Assembly: GCA_047495785.1 (NCBI GenBank)
Contig: JBLDXI010000031.1
Span: 1,612,001 to 1,676,000, forward strand
Direction of reading: 5' to 3'
Length of the DNA stretch: 64,000 bases
DNA from: Lepidodermella squamata
Lineage: Eukaryota > Animalia > Gastrotricha
Shown here: piece after piece, positions 11,379 through 25,200 of the stretch
Numbering within the stretch: position 1 is the first letter of the stretch
Layout of the letters: every line of letters begins with the position of its first letter
Made by a program: the position numbers and the translations under genes
Notes under the pieces: model-generated
Told to the model about the DNA's origin: nothing
Seen by the model: the letters and a program-made list of their open reading frames with translations, nothing else
Databases searched by the model: none

Positions 11379-14300
11379 TTAAGGCACTACACAAGCTCCG
11401 TCATGCCACCACCTGCTGACCTCCGACGCTTTCCCGGACGGTTTCGGCGGTCTGCTGACGATAAGGCCCAATTTCTTCGCCTCAATCGCTTCTTCGTCCA
11501 AAGGAGGCGATTTCTTGCTAGTTTCATCGTTCGACTTGAGATTCCGCCGCCGAAGATGGGAAATTACGTGTTGGCATATCTCACAGGCGCATAGCGGGTG
11601 CCGGAATTCGACCGTGTGCGTTTGACGCCAAGCAAAGTACGAAGTGTAAAGTGAAGCATTGCGGTCGATTCTTCTTAACAATTGAGCAATTTCTTTGGCT
11701 GATTGATAGTCAAATGCTGATATAAACGAGTTTGGCGGCGCGATAGCTCTGTAAAACAAAACCCAGAAATGAAGAAAGGAAAAATCGTATTATACAGAGA
11801 ATCATTTAATGTCAATTCGAACGACGATCCAACCCATATATGTTCAGATCAATTTGAAAAATAACTTCTAGGATAGAGTCAAACAATTATGAGGGTTACT
11901 TCTTGCGGCTTTCATTCTGACGCATACCTGAGCCGGTGGAAAGTTAAAACGAAAACCGACGCCATATCGTAGCAACCGTTGCTAAGGAGATTATCTCTAC
12001 ATATCTGCACTCAGTGACTAGAGCTTTTTGCCCCGGATGTAACTCGATGATCAATGACCACAGGGCACAGAACTTAGCAAGTAAACTCGTTTTTTAAGGT
12101 CCTCTAATCAGGAAATTAGATGGTAATTTTTCCAACATTATTCACTCTTTATGCGTGAATCATGGTGATGATGTGAAATAAAAAATGATTTAGTGCATTT
12201 TACACTGTGAAAGCTAATCTCATTGTGCGGTCAGCTAGATAAAACTGGCAATGTTAATGTTATCACTTGTGGGTAAAACGTGAATTTATAAACCTAGAAT
12301 GTCTGCAATGCGATCTGACTACAACCTGCTCTCAAAGGGCCAGCGGCAAGTTCTCGACATCGCCCGGCCCTACATCAAAATCGGAGTTGGCGCTCACTCA
12401 GCCGAGCCGACCCATCCTTTGATCATTGCAGACTTTGGCAGCAGCACTGGCGCGAATAGCTCAGCTGCCGTTTCTGAAATCATCAGTGAAATTCGCGAAA
12501 AATACGGTTTCGAAGCCACAAAATCCATTCTAGCCGTACACGAAGACTTGCCCGGTAATAACTGGTCTGAATTTTTCAACTTCATAGGCCGGGATAGTAA
12601 GTCCTACGTAAAAAAGCATGAAGGGGTTCAGTGCCTAGCAGCCGGCTTCTCGTTCTACCAGCAAATTCTGCCGGACAACTGCTTACATGTCGGTTTTTCG
12701 AGCAGCTCTCTGCATTGGTCTTCGGACGCCCCGTGCAAGCTCAAAAACCACATTTACACATCAATGGCGAGTGATGATGAGAAAGCCCTCTGGCATAGGC
12801 AAGCTGAGAAGGATTGGAAGAGCTTTCTTGAGTCGAGGTCGAAGGAACTAGTCAAAGGTGGGGTTTTGCTTCTGAACGTCCCAGCTGGAGGCTATACCTT
12901 AGATCGATTGTTCGACAGCCTATACAAAGCAGCGAAGGAACTTGAAACTTCAGGGTTGATCACAGCTGAAGAAATGGAAGACTTCAATCTGCATTCTGTA
13001 TTTCGGACGCTTGAGGAAATAACGAAATCTGATGTTTTGGAACGTCATGATTTCGAAGTGGTTGTAGCCGAGCTTTGCCTGACCCCGAAAAGTGTCTTCT
13101 ACGAAGCTTATGAGTTGCATGGCGATTTCGATCGGTTTATAACAGATCTAGCGTCGATTTTAGAGCCGTGTTGCGAGCCTGCGTTTCTATCAGCCCTTTC
13201 AAATGAAAGGACGGCAGATGAGAAAGCGGCGATTTGTTTGAGGCTGTGGGCAGGTTACAAAACGGTACTGGCTCGGGAGAATCCTAGAGCGGAGGATTTA
13301 TCACTCACCTGGGACAACGCATTTGTGGTGCTAAGGAAGCGATAGCGGATATAAATTGAGGATGATGGACCATTGTTACAAACTAGTTGCGCTTCAACTT
13401 GCGGAAATGCTCTTAAATCAAGATTTTTGGAAATTTATCGAAAGTAAAAATAAATGAAGCTGGATTGTCTAGTGAACCAATGACTTGCACTTTGGTGATA
13501 GATGGCAGCTAAAACAGAGCTGAAAAATAACTATGAATCGAACCGAAAAAGACAGTAGACCCTTCATGGAGAGCAGAGGTTGAATGTTTCCCGCTTATTT
13601 TCCCCATTTTTAAAAGCATTGAGAGATCACAAAATAATTTGCTTCTGGTTTTCCGGGATTTAAGAGGTGGCTCATTTCAATTTCGAACTCAGATTCAGAG
13701 CTTTAACTTTCGCCCCTTCAGCACCATTCGCAAGTGGCTAAACGATGCAAGCAAAAAAGGTTCCAGATTGATTCCGCAAGTCAATCCCGAATCTTGATTC
13801 GTTAAATTCCCCTTAAATGAGAAGACATTTGTTCCTATCGAAGCTACCTCCTATCGAAAACCTAAAATAAGTTTAATGATCGCAATTTTTTTTGTTTTTT
13901 TGCATTTTTTGAGAGTGCATTTTATTGACCTAATTATTTTGAAGGCAACTCGCGTTTTCCAAATTTTTAACCATTTTTTCAACTCGAGTTCGATGCGCAG
14001 TCAAAATGTCCAGGCATAATAAAAACACCTACATGTCTAGATAATATTTGGAACAATTTTTCGACACCGACATGAGCCAAATCGAGATCAAAAACTGAAC
14101 AACAAATCCTGAATTTTGCTGCTTCTCGAACAAAAAAAATTAGGTCAAAAATACGCTAGAAATAAAAAAGTAAATACAAAGCAATTTCGGTTTAAATTAC
14201 ATAAAAGGGAAAGAAATGATTGAAGCCTAATATTGATTCTCCTTGTAATACGAAGACATGAACACAAATCAGCGAAGCCTGGTGTCTTACTTGTAATCTT

Positions 14301-16171
14301 CGGTGCCATGCCCACCGGCTACGATAGGCAGCAGGCCGTAGTAGAGCGGCCTGTAGAATTTCTCCGTCACGTAGTCGCGGCAAAAGCTGTTCTCTAGCGC
14401 TAGGTAGTACTTGTAGTGCTGCGCCAGCGTCCGCCAGCACTCCGTCTCGGCCTTGCGCGTGTTGCACTGCTTGAACGCGATTTTGTTGCGCCGAGCCGCC
14501 GCATCGTCGGCGGTTTCTTCGAGCGGCGACGCCTCGGTCTGCTCGCCGGATTTTTCGACCTGCTGGTCTTCGGTGCCGCACGGGCCGAATATGTCGATCG
14601 GGTAGAGCTTTTTCAACCGGTCGACGAACAACTCGCGATTTGACATCGTATGGCAATTACCGGCAAACCACAATATCTGAGAAAAAATCGTAAAAAAAAT
14701 CGGATCATTAATTAGGATAATTCTAATATGCTTGGGAAGGATCAAGCAAAAACTACATTTTTTCATTTTGAAATTTTACAAGCTGGTTGGTTTTGAAGAA
14801 TGCCATATTTTTTTAAATAAAATTCTTAAAATCATCTTGAAATCATCAGGTGATTCCAGATTTTTCTGCAAATTTTGGTGATATCGAGATTTTCAACTGA
14901 TTTTTGGCAATCGACAAAATGTCTGCACCTGCGGGTGAGTAATGCGAAATGGCGACCAGGGTTTTCATTTTGAATCGAGCCTTGCGTATACATTCAGAAA
15001 TTCAGATAATTTCAATAATTTGCTCAGAAAAATGGTGAAAATTTGAATTTACAAAAAGTCCAAAATCAACGAAAATCACCCGACTTTCACCAAACCTTAC
15101 AATATGCAAAATGCGTCCGAAAATGATCGTTTGTTAGGGAGCTGCGAGTAGTCTCAAGTCGCACTCTCAACAATATTTTGCAAAGCCGAAGAGCACGAAG
15201 AGCACGAGAAAATTGAAAAATTAAAAAAAATTTCGAAAAAATCTTAAAATCTTGAAAGTTGAAAACAAAATTATGGATGACATCTTACCCTGTTGCTTTT
15301 ATTTTTGATGCCGTGTTCGAAGAAAGGCTCCCGTTTCGCCAGCGCGTCATCGGCCGCAACTTTTCGCACGGCTCCGTACGGGCAGTAAATGTCCGAATCT
15401 CGCCGATATGTTGCTGGAAAAAAATCAATTTTTTTGTAATTTTTCAGATGAACTATTTTTTTGTCCAAGATTTCGAATTTTTCAAAAAGGTAATTTTCCA
15501 GTCGATAAGAGAAAGCAACTGAGAATTTTCAAATTTTGAAATTCAGGTTATTATCATTTAGAAAAAATCCTCATTTTTAATTTTGAAATTTTTGAAAATT
15601 GAAATTGAAAAATTGAAGTTGTTGGTAATTTTCTGCTGAATTTTTCTTCACCTGTCCAGTTGAACATGCCGCCAGGATAGGCTGAAATGTTTCGCCAAAT
15701 CGGTATTTGAATGCCGCTGAAAAACGGCGATTCAAGCGTGAGAAAAATCCACAGCTGCGACGGCAGGCGCACGGGCGGCAGGTCGTGCAGGTCCAAATCG
15801 CGGCTGTGAAACACAACGGCATCGGCGTGCGGCAACGCCGAGCGGTCGCTCGTCACGTGACACGTCGCCGGCACGCACCGCTTCACGCCAAAGTCGTTCA
15901 ACGGCGCCTTCTCGTCGAACCACCGCGTCCAGAATAGAATTGTTGCGAACGGCTTTTTGCCGCCCAGTTTAGCCATGCGTTGGTTGTATAGCGAATTACT
16001 ATCGTCTGAGGCAGCGTCGAAATAGCCGGATTGTGATAGGGCGTCTAACCGCCGCAGAATCGCCATGGAGATGCTGGCGAGGATGTACGAAATAACGGCG
16101 GCGACGGCGAGTTTCAAAAACATGGCCGGATAGCCGGCCTGGGAACGGCGAAGACTTCGAATTTTAAACAT
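11379..16171 (-). CDS. Alpha-1,3/4-fucosyltransferase (CAZy GT10), about 466 aa
   Basis: Exons 16171-15652, 15413-15289, 14676-14291, 11748-11379 (1401 nt in frame). TM anchor plus GT10 motifs ADAVVFH, LESP, FNWTATYRRDSDI.PYG, YKYYLALENSFCRDYVTEKFY, APPNSFI and YTSYFAWR. Confidence 0.95.
12299..13345 (+). CDS. SABATH-family SAM-dependent carboxyl methyltransferase (Methyltransf_7), intronless, nested antisense in the last intron of the fucosyltransferase
   Basis: Intact 348-aa ORF with family motifs IADFGSSTGANS, HEDLPGNNWSEFF, GFSFYQQILP, SSSSLHW and DWKSFLESRSKELVKGG. AATAAA at 13449-13454. Lies wholly within the host intron 11749-14290. Confidence 0.92.
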   Translation: MSAMRSDYNLLSKGQRQVLDIARPYIKIGVGAHSAEPTHPLIIADFGSSTGANSSAAVSEIISEIREKYGFEATKSILAVHEDLPGNNWSEFFNFIGRDSKSYVKKHEGVQCLAAGFSFYQQILPDNCLHVGFSSSSLHWSSDAPCKLKNHIYTSMASDDEKALWHRQAEKDWKSFLESRSKELVKGGVLLLNVPAGGYTLDRLFDSLYKAAKELETSGLITAEEMEDFNLHSVFRTLEEITKSDVLERHDFEVVVAELCLTPKSVFYEAYELHGDFDRFITDLASILEPCCEPAFLSALSNERTADEKAAICLRLWAGYKTVLARENPRAEDLSLTWDNAFVVLRKR

Positions 16172-19100
16172 TTCGCGCGTTCCTATACGAAAATGAAAGC
16201 TCAGATAAATTCTGATAAAAATTCAAAAAATTGTATGGGCAAAAATTCTAAAATATCGCATCAAAAAAGAAATGTTAAAATTTCAATTTTTCACAGATTC
16301 CTTCTCAGCCAGGTTTAAAAAACACTTTGGTGTTTTAATCCTAAGTTTAATTTAATTTCTGAGGACATTTTTAAAAAGTTCATTGGGAACACTTAATTTT
16401 GAAATTCTTATTGCATCCGCAACCATTCGAACTCGTAGAATTTCAGGAAAACATTTAAAAAAATATATATGAACACTGGAATTTTGCAAATTATAAAGGA
16501 TTCAGCCTAGTATTGAGTGAGGCAATTCTTTGAAAAAATCAAATTTTATTGGAAAGCACGCCTGTGTAAGTTTCACGTTAAGGTATTTTAATAATTTGAA
16601 ATTTTGTGAAATTTTCGAAATTTTGAAGTAATTTTCGGGCTTGCGATCGAAGTCGATCTGATTCAGCGAGGCAGCTAACTAATTTTCGAATTCGATAGTA
16701 CCAAAAAATTCAATGGTCGCGTGGATATGAATGAGAAATAAATCGCGTGTTTTTTCGATTATTTGCTGACGTAGAAAGTGTTGGAGCGTCGTAAAAAATC
16801 TTCAAACGCTTGGTAAAAATCACGGAATGATCCGACATTGCGGCTTATACGGATATATTATATCGGCTGAGCGAAGCTGACGGTGTAGAATACCGTGATA
16901 TCTTATTTATTTACCAGCGGCATCAACTGCCGAGCTGAAAACAAAACAGGGCCTTGCATTCCCGGCATTTTACGATACCCAGCACTGCATCGAAGAGCTT
17001 TTGTCGCTGCTGCTGCTGCTAACCGCGTCGTGTCGATGAAATATTCATGCAGGTTTAGCAGGTGGTTACACCGATCGATCACTTTGCTATACTGCTTTAT
17101 TCGAATTTTATTACTGCGTGTGAATGATGACCGCAACAATATCGAGGTGATAAATTATGCATAAAGTGAGTGGTGGCGCGAGTGTCACACAAAATAGGCT
17201 TTGAAGTATAGTAGATTTTTATTTCATCAATAACAATCAACAGGTTGTAAAACGATATCACAGGTGTGTTTTCAACAAAGATGAGGAAGAGCAGCGCGGC
17301 TAGAATAATAATACATATGTAGCAATGGGATAATTGAAATTCGCCATCACATGAAAATTGAGGAGAATTGTGCAAAAAATCAACTCGAAAATTGAACAGA
17401 ACATATATAAATAATTTCAAAGTAAAAAACGGACATGGCGCATAATCGCAGCTAATCGCGTGGCAAAGTTTCTAAAAAATTCAGCTAAATTAATTAGGAA
17501 TAAGTAGATGATGCTATAAGAATTAGTATGCGATAAGCTATGAAAAGGCGAAAAAACAGACATCGAGCAATGAAACTTTATCATTTTCATAATATTCTGA
17601 CCTTGAAACGCGGAATCAAAGTCCTGCGGTGCTTCTAATTTTTTTGATGATGAATCCAAATTTATATGTATTGGTGGGATGAGGCACCGCATAAATAAAG
17701 AGATATATTAGTTAGACATGATTATAATTAAAATTATGACGAAGGACGAATAAAACCATATTTTAGAGATATTTAGTGTTGGAGCCCTCAAATAAGGGTG
17801 TTCACCTGCGAAATCATTCACTACCCCAAGACTTTTTAGACCGTCAAAGCCCGTTATCTACTGTCTACAGCAGGATAAGAAAATAATTAGAAAACTGTTA
17901 TTCATAATATAAAAATGAAAAATTTATTTTATTGTCTAATAAAATTTCAAAATTTGACTGAAACATTTCTTGGATAAATTTTGCAGACATTGCAGACAAT
18001 TGCAGACATTGAAGCGCAGAATTAGCGCAGAAAAGCGCCAAGATTGTCTTGTTGATCGAGCTCACCTGCTGATGCCCATATGCGAATGATAATTAGCCGA
18101 CAACTTATTTTAGCCTAGATAATAATGAATCAAAATTGCAACCTGCCGCCGGTGTTGAATACGTGTCGTTGATTTATAGGTGATTGCTGTTTCAGCACGG
18201 CGTATAGCTGAACGCGTGCCGATCTAATTCAACTGGGCGAGATCGCGAGTCGCGGAAACCATTGCGAAAAGCCACGATAGCTTAAATCGAACCCGCCATT
18301 CAGTTGTTTTTTTTCTCACGCAAATGACGCGTGCCGGTATTGCGCAACGGTGTGAGAAAAACATGTTTGTAAGTGCGTTAGATATTTTAGTTTCATTCAA
18401 TTATGAATCTAATTTTTTTCAATTTCTATCTTGTCATATCATCAACGAATTTGCTAGATCTGTTACCTAATATCACTTGATGGATGGCTGCGGTTTCTTT
18501 ATCATGCTTTCACCTTTCCTAAGATACACCACTGGCATAACCGAAACCGTTTGTTTGTCTCTTTAATTAAATTAAATTATTATTTTAGGTGGGACTTATA
18601 AAAAGTAAAGAAAACAGGACCTCTTAATTTTAAAAATATTTTAAAGCTCAATTAATGCGATTTTCTACTTATGATTGATCCTTTGCCCAAATAAGAATTT
18701 CTTTTGATTTTGATTATTTCCTCTACTTTTCTTTCCATTGATTCAAATTTGAAATTTTCAGAAAATCAGGGAAATCGCGATCGAAGGAAAATGAAAATTT
18801 GCAATTTTTTACGCAGCAATGAACGCCCGATAAGATCCAAATTTGGCCTGGTTTGGCCATACCCATACCTAATAAGAACTACCAGTGGTAGAAAAATTGA
18901 CCATTGCGCCAGGCTCGTCAACTTTTTTCCAGTTTGCAATTTTTTCCGATAAAAACGCTGAATAACTCTTAAGGCATAGCTAATTATTGTTTAATCATTT
19001 TTCAAACAGGAAATTCTTATTCCCATTTTAAAATTTAAATTTAAACTTGATTTTTCAATTTTAATTTGTTTCAATTTTAGATTCCAGAATTTTCAGTTAT

Positions 19101-19218
19101 TTTTTCTATATAATTTTCCCTCTTATTTTTTCTAGGTCATTTCAAATAAAAAAATAGCCTGAAATTGGCCTCGAACGCGTTGCAACCGCTTTTTTGAATA
19201 ATTACCGGCCGATTTAAA

Positions 19219-22200
19219 ATGAAGGCGGCTGTGATTATACTATCAATATGTGGTAAATAAGTTGTTAAGTTAATTTGAAATCATGTGATGACTTTGATAT
19301 TTTCTACGACGCCAGTGGTGGTGCCGCTTTTTATAGACACCGTCGTTGTTGGGCAAGTTCAAGGCTCAAAAGGTGAAAAGGGCGACATCGGTAAGCATAT
19401 TTATATCATGCTGAAATATCGATGTGATTTCCGAACCTTTTAGGCTCTAAAGGAGAGAAAGGCAAAAGAGGTATAATTTGAAAATTTGCTAATTTAATTT
19501 TTTTTTCATTCTGCGTAAAAACTTACAGGCGCCCCAGGTGAAACTGGTCCGGTCGGCCCGAGAGGTGCGAATTTTTCATAGAAAAATTAACTTATCATGC
19601 TATTTGATTTTTGATTATAGGTCCGGAAGGCTTGCAAGGTGTGTTGATAAATGGAATGAATCATTCGACAAATTTACTAGAGTCATGCTACAACATCTAT
19701 TGAACCCAATCATTTTCAGGAGGCCAGGGCTTGCAAGGTATAAAAGGTGAACAAGGCTCCAAAGGTGGACTGGGCGATACAGGCACCCAAGGTTCGAAGG
19801 GTGCTAAGGGTGACTTCGGTTCGAGCGGAGCGACTGGTCCCCAGGGATCGAAAGGTCAAGAGGGTGCAAAAGGCGAAGCCGGTGAGTGGATTTGTTTTTA
19901 TTGTGCTGTTGGTTTTTAATAGGCCTTTTCGACGAACAGGCAGTGGCGGCGGCGGAACTGGTCCCATCGGTCCGCGAGGTGAGTGACCCGTCTTGCAATC
20001 AATTTTCTAGTTTAAATATCGCCTTTGTAATTCCCAATAGGTCCCCAGGGTCTACAAGGTGCGCTGCCATTCTTTCAACTTGTGATAAACCATTTTTGGC
20101 CTCGTTTCAGGAGCTCAAGGAATGCAAGGTGTGAAGGGTGACCAAGGATCCAAGGGTCTCAAGGGTGACTTAGGCGCAACCGGCCCGCAAGGATCGAAGG
20201 GTGGCAAAGGAGACGAAGGAGACACTGGAGCAACAGGCCCGCAAGGCTCGAAGGGCACCAAGGGTGAACTTGGATCTGACGGAGCCACCGGTCCCCAAGG
20301 CTCGAAGGGTGCTAAGGGCGATTTCGGATCGAGCGGAGCCACAGGTCCGCAGGGATCTAAAGGTCACGAGGGTGCAACAGGTGCCAAGGGTGAACCAAGT
20401 GAGTCATTGCGTTGATAAAGATTAAATTCCCTTTTGAAATTGGAAAACGTAGTCAAGTACATCGATAGATTTCTTAGCTCGAAATATAACATGATTAAAT
20501 TGAAAAAATATTTTGAACAGGCATCAAGTCAAAGTTTTGTACAATTCAAATTTTGGATTCAGTTTTTTTTTCCAATGATACCTAATAGCCAAAATTGAAG
20601 CCGTGATATAAAATATTGTTATATCGGGGCGTTAATTAGACTCGAAACCTAATTTTAATTTAGTTTTAATTTTTCGAAACCTAACAAAGGGTACCTAGAT
20701 CAACAGCTAAAACCGCCGAATAATCACTATAGCTACTGCCTTCCAACTGTGACTGCACGCGTGAAGTGTTTGCTCAAGTGGATTAAGGTGGATAAATGAT
20801 GATTAGTGCACTTACTGACGAAAAATCGCAACCCATCCCACTTTAACCACTTACCCAGCAGGCGCTCATGTAAGCCACTTCATACAAGGCCCTGCCTATT
20901 AATACGGCTCTGCCCTATATTTGGGTCCTGCCTAATAATTCTCAAAATACGGTTAATTGAATGTCGTCGATGCGTAGTCCTATCTGGAATAATGCTAGTC
21001 TAGGCTGCTACGGCACGTTTGCTCTGCTACGCTTATAATGGTTTTTAAAAACCAAAAATGCCTTGAAATAGATTTTTACTTGTCAGCTATTAGACAAACT
21101 AGTTATGTAATAGCTACTGTATTTGTTCCTGTTGTTGCCCGGGCTACTAAAATTCGAACATGGAAATTTTGAGGCATTTTTAATTTCGGTTAGAGTAATT
21201 TCAGTTAAATTTGGATTTTTATCTAATAGAATTTCATCGTCGGGGTTATTGGGTTCCTTTTCAAGTCCTTGTAAAAGATCAATGAAATACGTTTTCATTA
21301 CTTCTAATAACTGAAAAATTCGAAAATTAATTGTTGGTGAATTGTTCATTTTTCATATTTTCGAACCGACTTGACCCCTCTATTGGAACAAATGCGGTAA
21401 TCATGAAAAATTTGATGCGTTTGAGATGGTAAGACGGACAGTAAAATCAGGTCTTCGTTGCATGAGCCTATCTCAAAAACAAACCTAGTCTTGCATAGCA
21501 GCCTATTTTTTCCCGTTTTCCGAGGTTTTCCGATTTCTATGCCAGCCCCGTTTAGTATTTCAGTAGCTACGGTACACCTCAATTTACTTTTTTGCATATT
21601 ATATTTCAATTTATGTCCTCGATCATGATAGCGCATCGGACAGAACGGTGAAAAAAGAAAAAGAAAACTATAAAAAAATTGATTAGATTATTTGAAATTA
21701 AAATTATTGACTAGTTATAGGTCATATAAATATAAATTATTGAAGCCATGCCCAATTATGGTTTCAGTAGTAAGATAAGTATCACGCAAGGTTATTACAA
21801 AGACAAACTATCAAATTTCCCGGCGGTTTTTCATCAAATTTGATTGACCGGTAACAAGTAATAAGTGGGGTTTAGCGAATTTCTTTATTTTTCAGCAAAT
21901 CGCAATATTATCACAATTGAAGGAGCAAAATAACTGAATTCCGAGATGTTCTTACAAAGTTTTTTTCATGATTTTGAATTTTCGAAATTGTCGAAGTTGT
22001 CGTAGAGACGAGTTTGATCCCAATAAATTTTCGAATATCTTAGCGAGATTCCTCACCGAACTTTTAAGCCCGTTTTCTCGGCAACCTTGACGAATATTAA
22101 CCTCTATTGATATTACCCTCCAGCTCGAGGATCCTACTTCGTACATTGTTGATTATCAATACCTACAGTAACCCCGAACGAACTTGATGCTTCGTAGCGA

Positions 22201-25200
22201 AAAATACCAGTTGCTCGTTCAGAGCGACCGAACTCTCGACTGTAGTGCGATTAGTTAGACTTCGGCCCGCATGATCGAGCAACGAGTGTGGATTCACTTG
22301 TTGCCGAATTGACCGATTGACAAAGCGATGCATCGACGGAGCGATAAAAAAGATTGATAATCAGTAACACACACAAACATGCAAGCACTTGCCGTGCAAC
22401 AAAGATAGCACTGATTATTTTTTTTATTCCATGTCCCAAAATTCCATTGCAAGAAATGTCTCAAGTAAAATATGCTAGATATTTTTGTGAGCATACTATT
22501 ATAATGTGCTATTTCGTTACTTTGATAATCTATTTCTCATTTGATTAGGTAATAATGGAGGTGGAGCTACTGGTCCAGTCGGGCCTCGAGGTAAAATACA
22601 TTCATCATGCATGTTGCAATTAGAAATGAGACTGTATCTTGTTCCTTCGTTAAAGGTCCACAAGGATACGTGGGTATGTCAAATCTCAAATCAATTCGAA
22701 TGCCGAAATTACCAAAAATGACTAAACAGGTGGTCAGGGGCCGAAGGGTTCGATGGGTGACCAAGGATCCAAAGGTCTCAAGGGTGACTTGGGCGCTACA
22801 GGCCCACAAGGATCGAAGGGCGGCAAAGGAGACGAAGGAGATACCGGAGCCACTGGCCCACAAGGTTCGAAGGGCGCCAAGGGTGAACTTGGATCTGACG
22901 GAGCCACCGGTCCCCAAGGCTCGAAGGGTGCTAAGGGTGATTTCGGATCGAGCGGAGCGACTGGTCCCCAAGGATCTAAGGGTCAAGAGGGTGCTAAAGG
23001 CGAAGCCGGTGAGTCATTATGTTTGTGGGGATTCGCGCTGTGGTCTCCAACCTTGAGTTTTCATTAACAGGCAGTGGCGGTAGCGGAACGGGTCCTATCG
23101 GTCCACGAGGTGAGTGAACCGTCCTGCTTACCCCGATTCGTTCATTAAAGCTGACTTTTTCTATTCCAGGTCCTCAGGGCTTCCAAGGTTTGATTCGAAT
23201 AATGCCACTTGCTAGGCAGTCCTTTGAGAGATTAACGATCGAATGACTGCTTTTTCATGTTAGGTGGTCAAGGCCCGAAGGGTTCCATGGGTGACCAAGG
23301 ATCAAAGGGCCTCAAGGGTGACCTTGGCGCAACCGGCCCACAAGGATCCAAAGGCGGCAAAGGAGACGAAGGAGATACCGGAGCCACTGGCCCACAAGGT
23401 TCGAAGGGCGCCAAGGGTGAACTTGGATCTGACGGAGCCACCGGTCCGCAAGGCTCGAAGGGTGCTAAGGGTGATTTCGGATCGAGCGGAGCCACTGGTC
23501 CCCAAGGATCGAAAGGTCAAGAGGGTGCTAAAGGCGAAGCCGGTGAGTGGATTTGTTTTTATTATGCTGTGGGTTTTTAATACGCTTTTTTGACGAACAG
23601 GCAGTGGCGGCGGCGGAACTGGTCCCATCGGTCCACGAGGTGAGTGACCCGTCTTGCTTTACACGACTGCCTTTATTTTCTCTTATTCTATTGCGGTTTA
23701 GGTCCTCAGGGCTTCCAAGGTGCGATACAGATACTGCCAGTCACAAGGCAGTCCATGATGAGACCAACGATTGAATGACTGCTTTTTCATGTTAGGTGGT
23801 CAGGGCCCGAAGGGTTCGATGGGTGACCAAGGATCCAAAGGTCTCAAGGGTGACTTGGGCGCTACAGGCCCACAAGGATCGAAGGGCGGCAAAGGAGACG
23901 AAGGAGATACCGGAGCCACTGGCCCACAAGGTTCGAAGGGCGCCAAGGGTGAACTTGGATCTGACGGAGCCACCGGTCCCCAAGGCTCGAAGGGTGCTAA
24001 GGGTGATTTCGGATCGAGCGGAGCGACTGGTCCCCAAGGATCTAAGGGTCAAGAGGGTGCTAAAGGCGAAGCCGGTGAGTGGATTTGTTTTTATTATGCT
24101 GTGGGTTTTTAATAGGCTTTTTCGACGAACAGGCAGTGGCGGCGGCGGAACTGGTCCTATCGGTCCACGAGGTGAGTGAACCGTCCTGCTTACCCCGATT
24201 CGTTCATTAAAGCTGACTTTTGCTATTCCAGGTCCTCAGGGCTTCCAAGGTTTGATTCGAATAATGCCACTTGCTAGGCAGTCCTTTGAGAGATTAACGA
24301 TCGAATGACTGCTTTTTCGTGTTAGGTGGTCAAGGCCCGAAGGGTTCCATGGGTGACCAAGGATCAAAGGGCCTCAAGGGTGACTTGGGCGCGACAGGCC
24401 CGCAAGGATCCAAAGGCGGCAAAGGAGACGAAGGAGATACCGGAGCCACCGGTCCCCAGGGCTCCAAGGGCACCCAGGGTGATTTCGGTTCCAGCGGAGC
24501 CACTGGTCCGCAAGGCTCCAAGGGTGCTAAGGGTGACTTCGGATCGAGCGGTGCGACTGGTCCACAGGGATCGAAAGGTCAAGAGGGTGCTAAAGGTGAA
24601 CCAGGTGAGTCATTTTGCTTTTGGGGATTCGCCCTGCGGTCTTCAACATTGAGTTTTCATTAACAGGCAGTGGCGGTAGCGGAACAGGTCCCGTCGGTCC
24701 ACGAGGTAATCTTTACTTCACCGGCTCGAGAATGTTTTCTAAACATGTCAATTTCCTCTTTTATACCAGGTCCACAAGGATACGTAGGTATGTATGCTTC
24801 CGGATTTCTCATTTGATACAGATTCCCGAGTTTTTTATGACATGCTCTGCATAGATCTACATAGATCTACCCCATACGTGTCAAATGATGCCTAGTAGGT
24901 CTCTCAGCTCGCGATTAACTAGAAACACATTTTTTAACACTATACAGCATCAACCTTTAGCGTAAAAAATGTAAATAGAAAGTTATGTACAAAAAGGGAA
25001 AACAAACCACATATTTATGTACATAAAGGGGCACTCCTTTTTTAATTTTTATTTTCTTCCGCATCTTCTTCAATGATCAGGACGAGTTTCCATTTGTCGG
25101 CGCCTTCTGAGCTAGAATGCGCCTACGATCAGGTTGTAGTTATAATTTTGTTGAAATGATAACATGAGATTGTTTTGAGAATGAGATGGATTTATTCCAA

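Noticed and set aside
1-13345. Bacterial or fungal contamination as the source of the GT91-like and SABATH genes
   Set aside because: The GT91-like genes have the same short introns as their neighbours and flank an animal-type arrestin, and the SABATH gene lies inside an intron of an animal-type GT10 gene. A chimeric assembly is unlikely, though only reads can exclude it.
15116-15175. Short similarity with 48293-48350 (TCCGAAAATGATC.TTTGTTA.GGAG...) as a shared regulatory element of the fucosyltransferase and collagen B
   Set aside because: More simply a fragment of a dispersed repeat; it cannot be shown to be regulatory from sequence alone.
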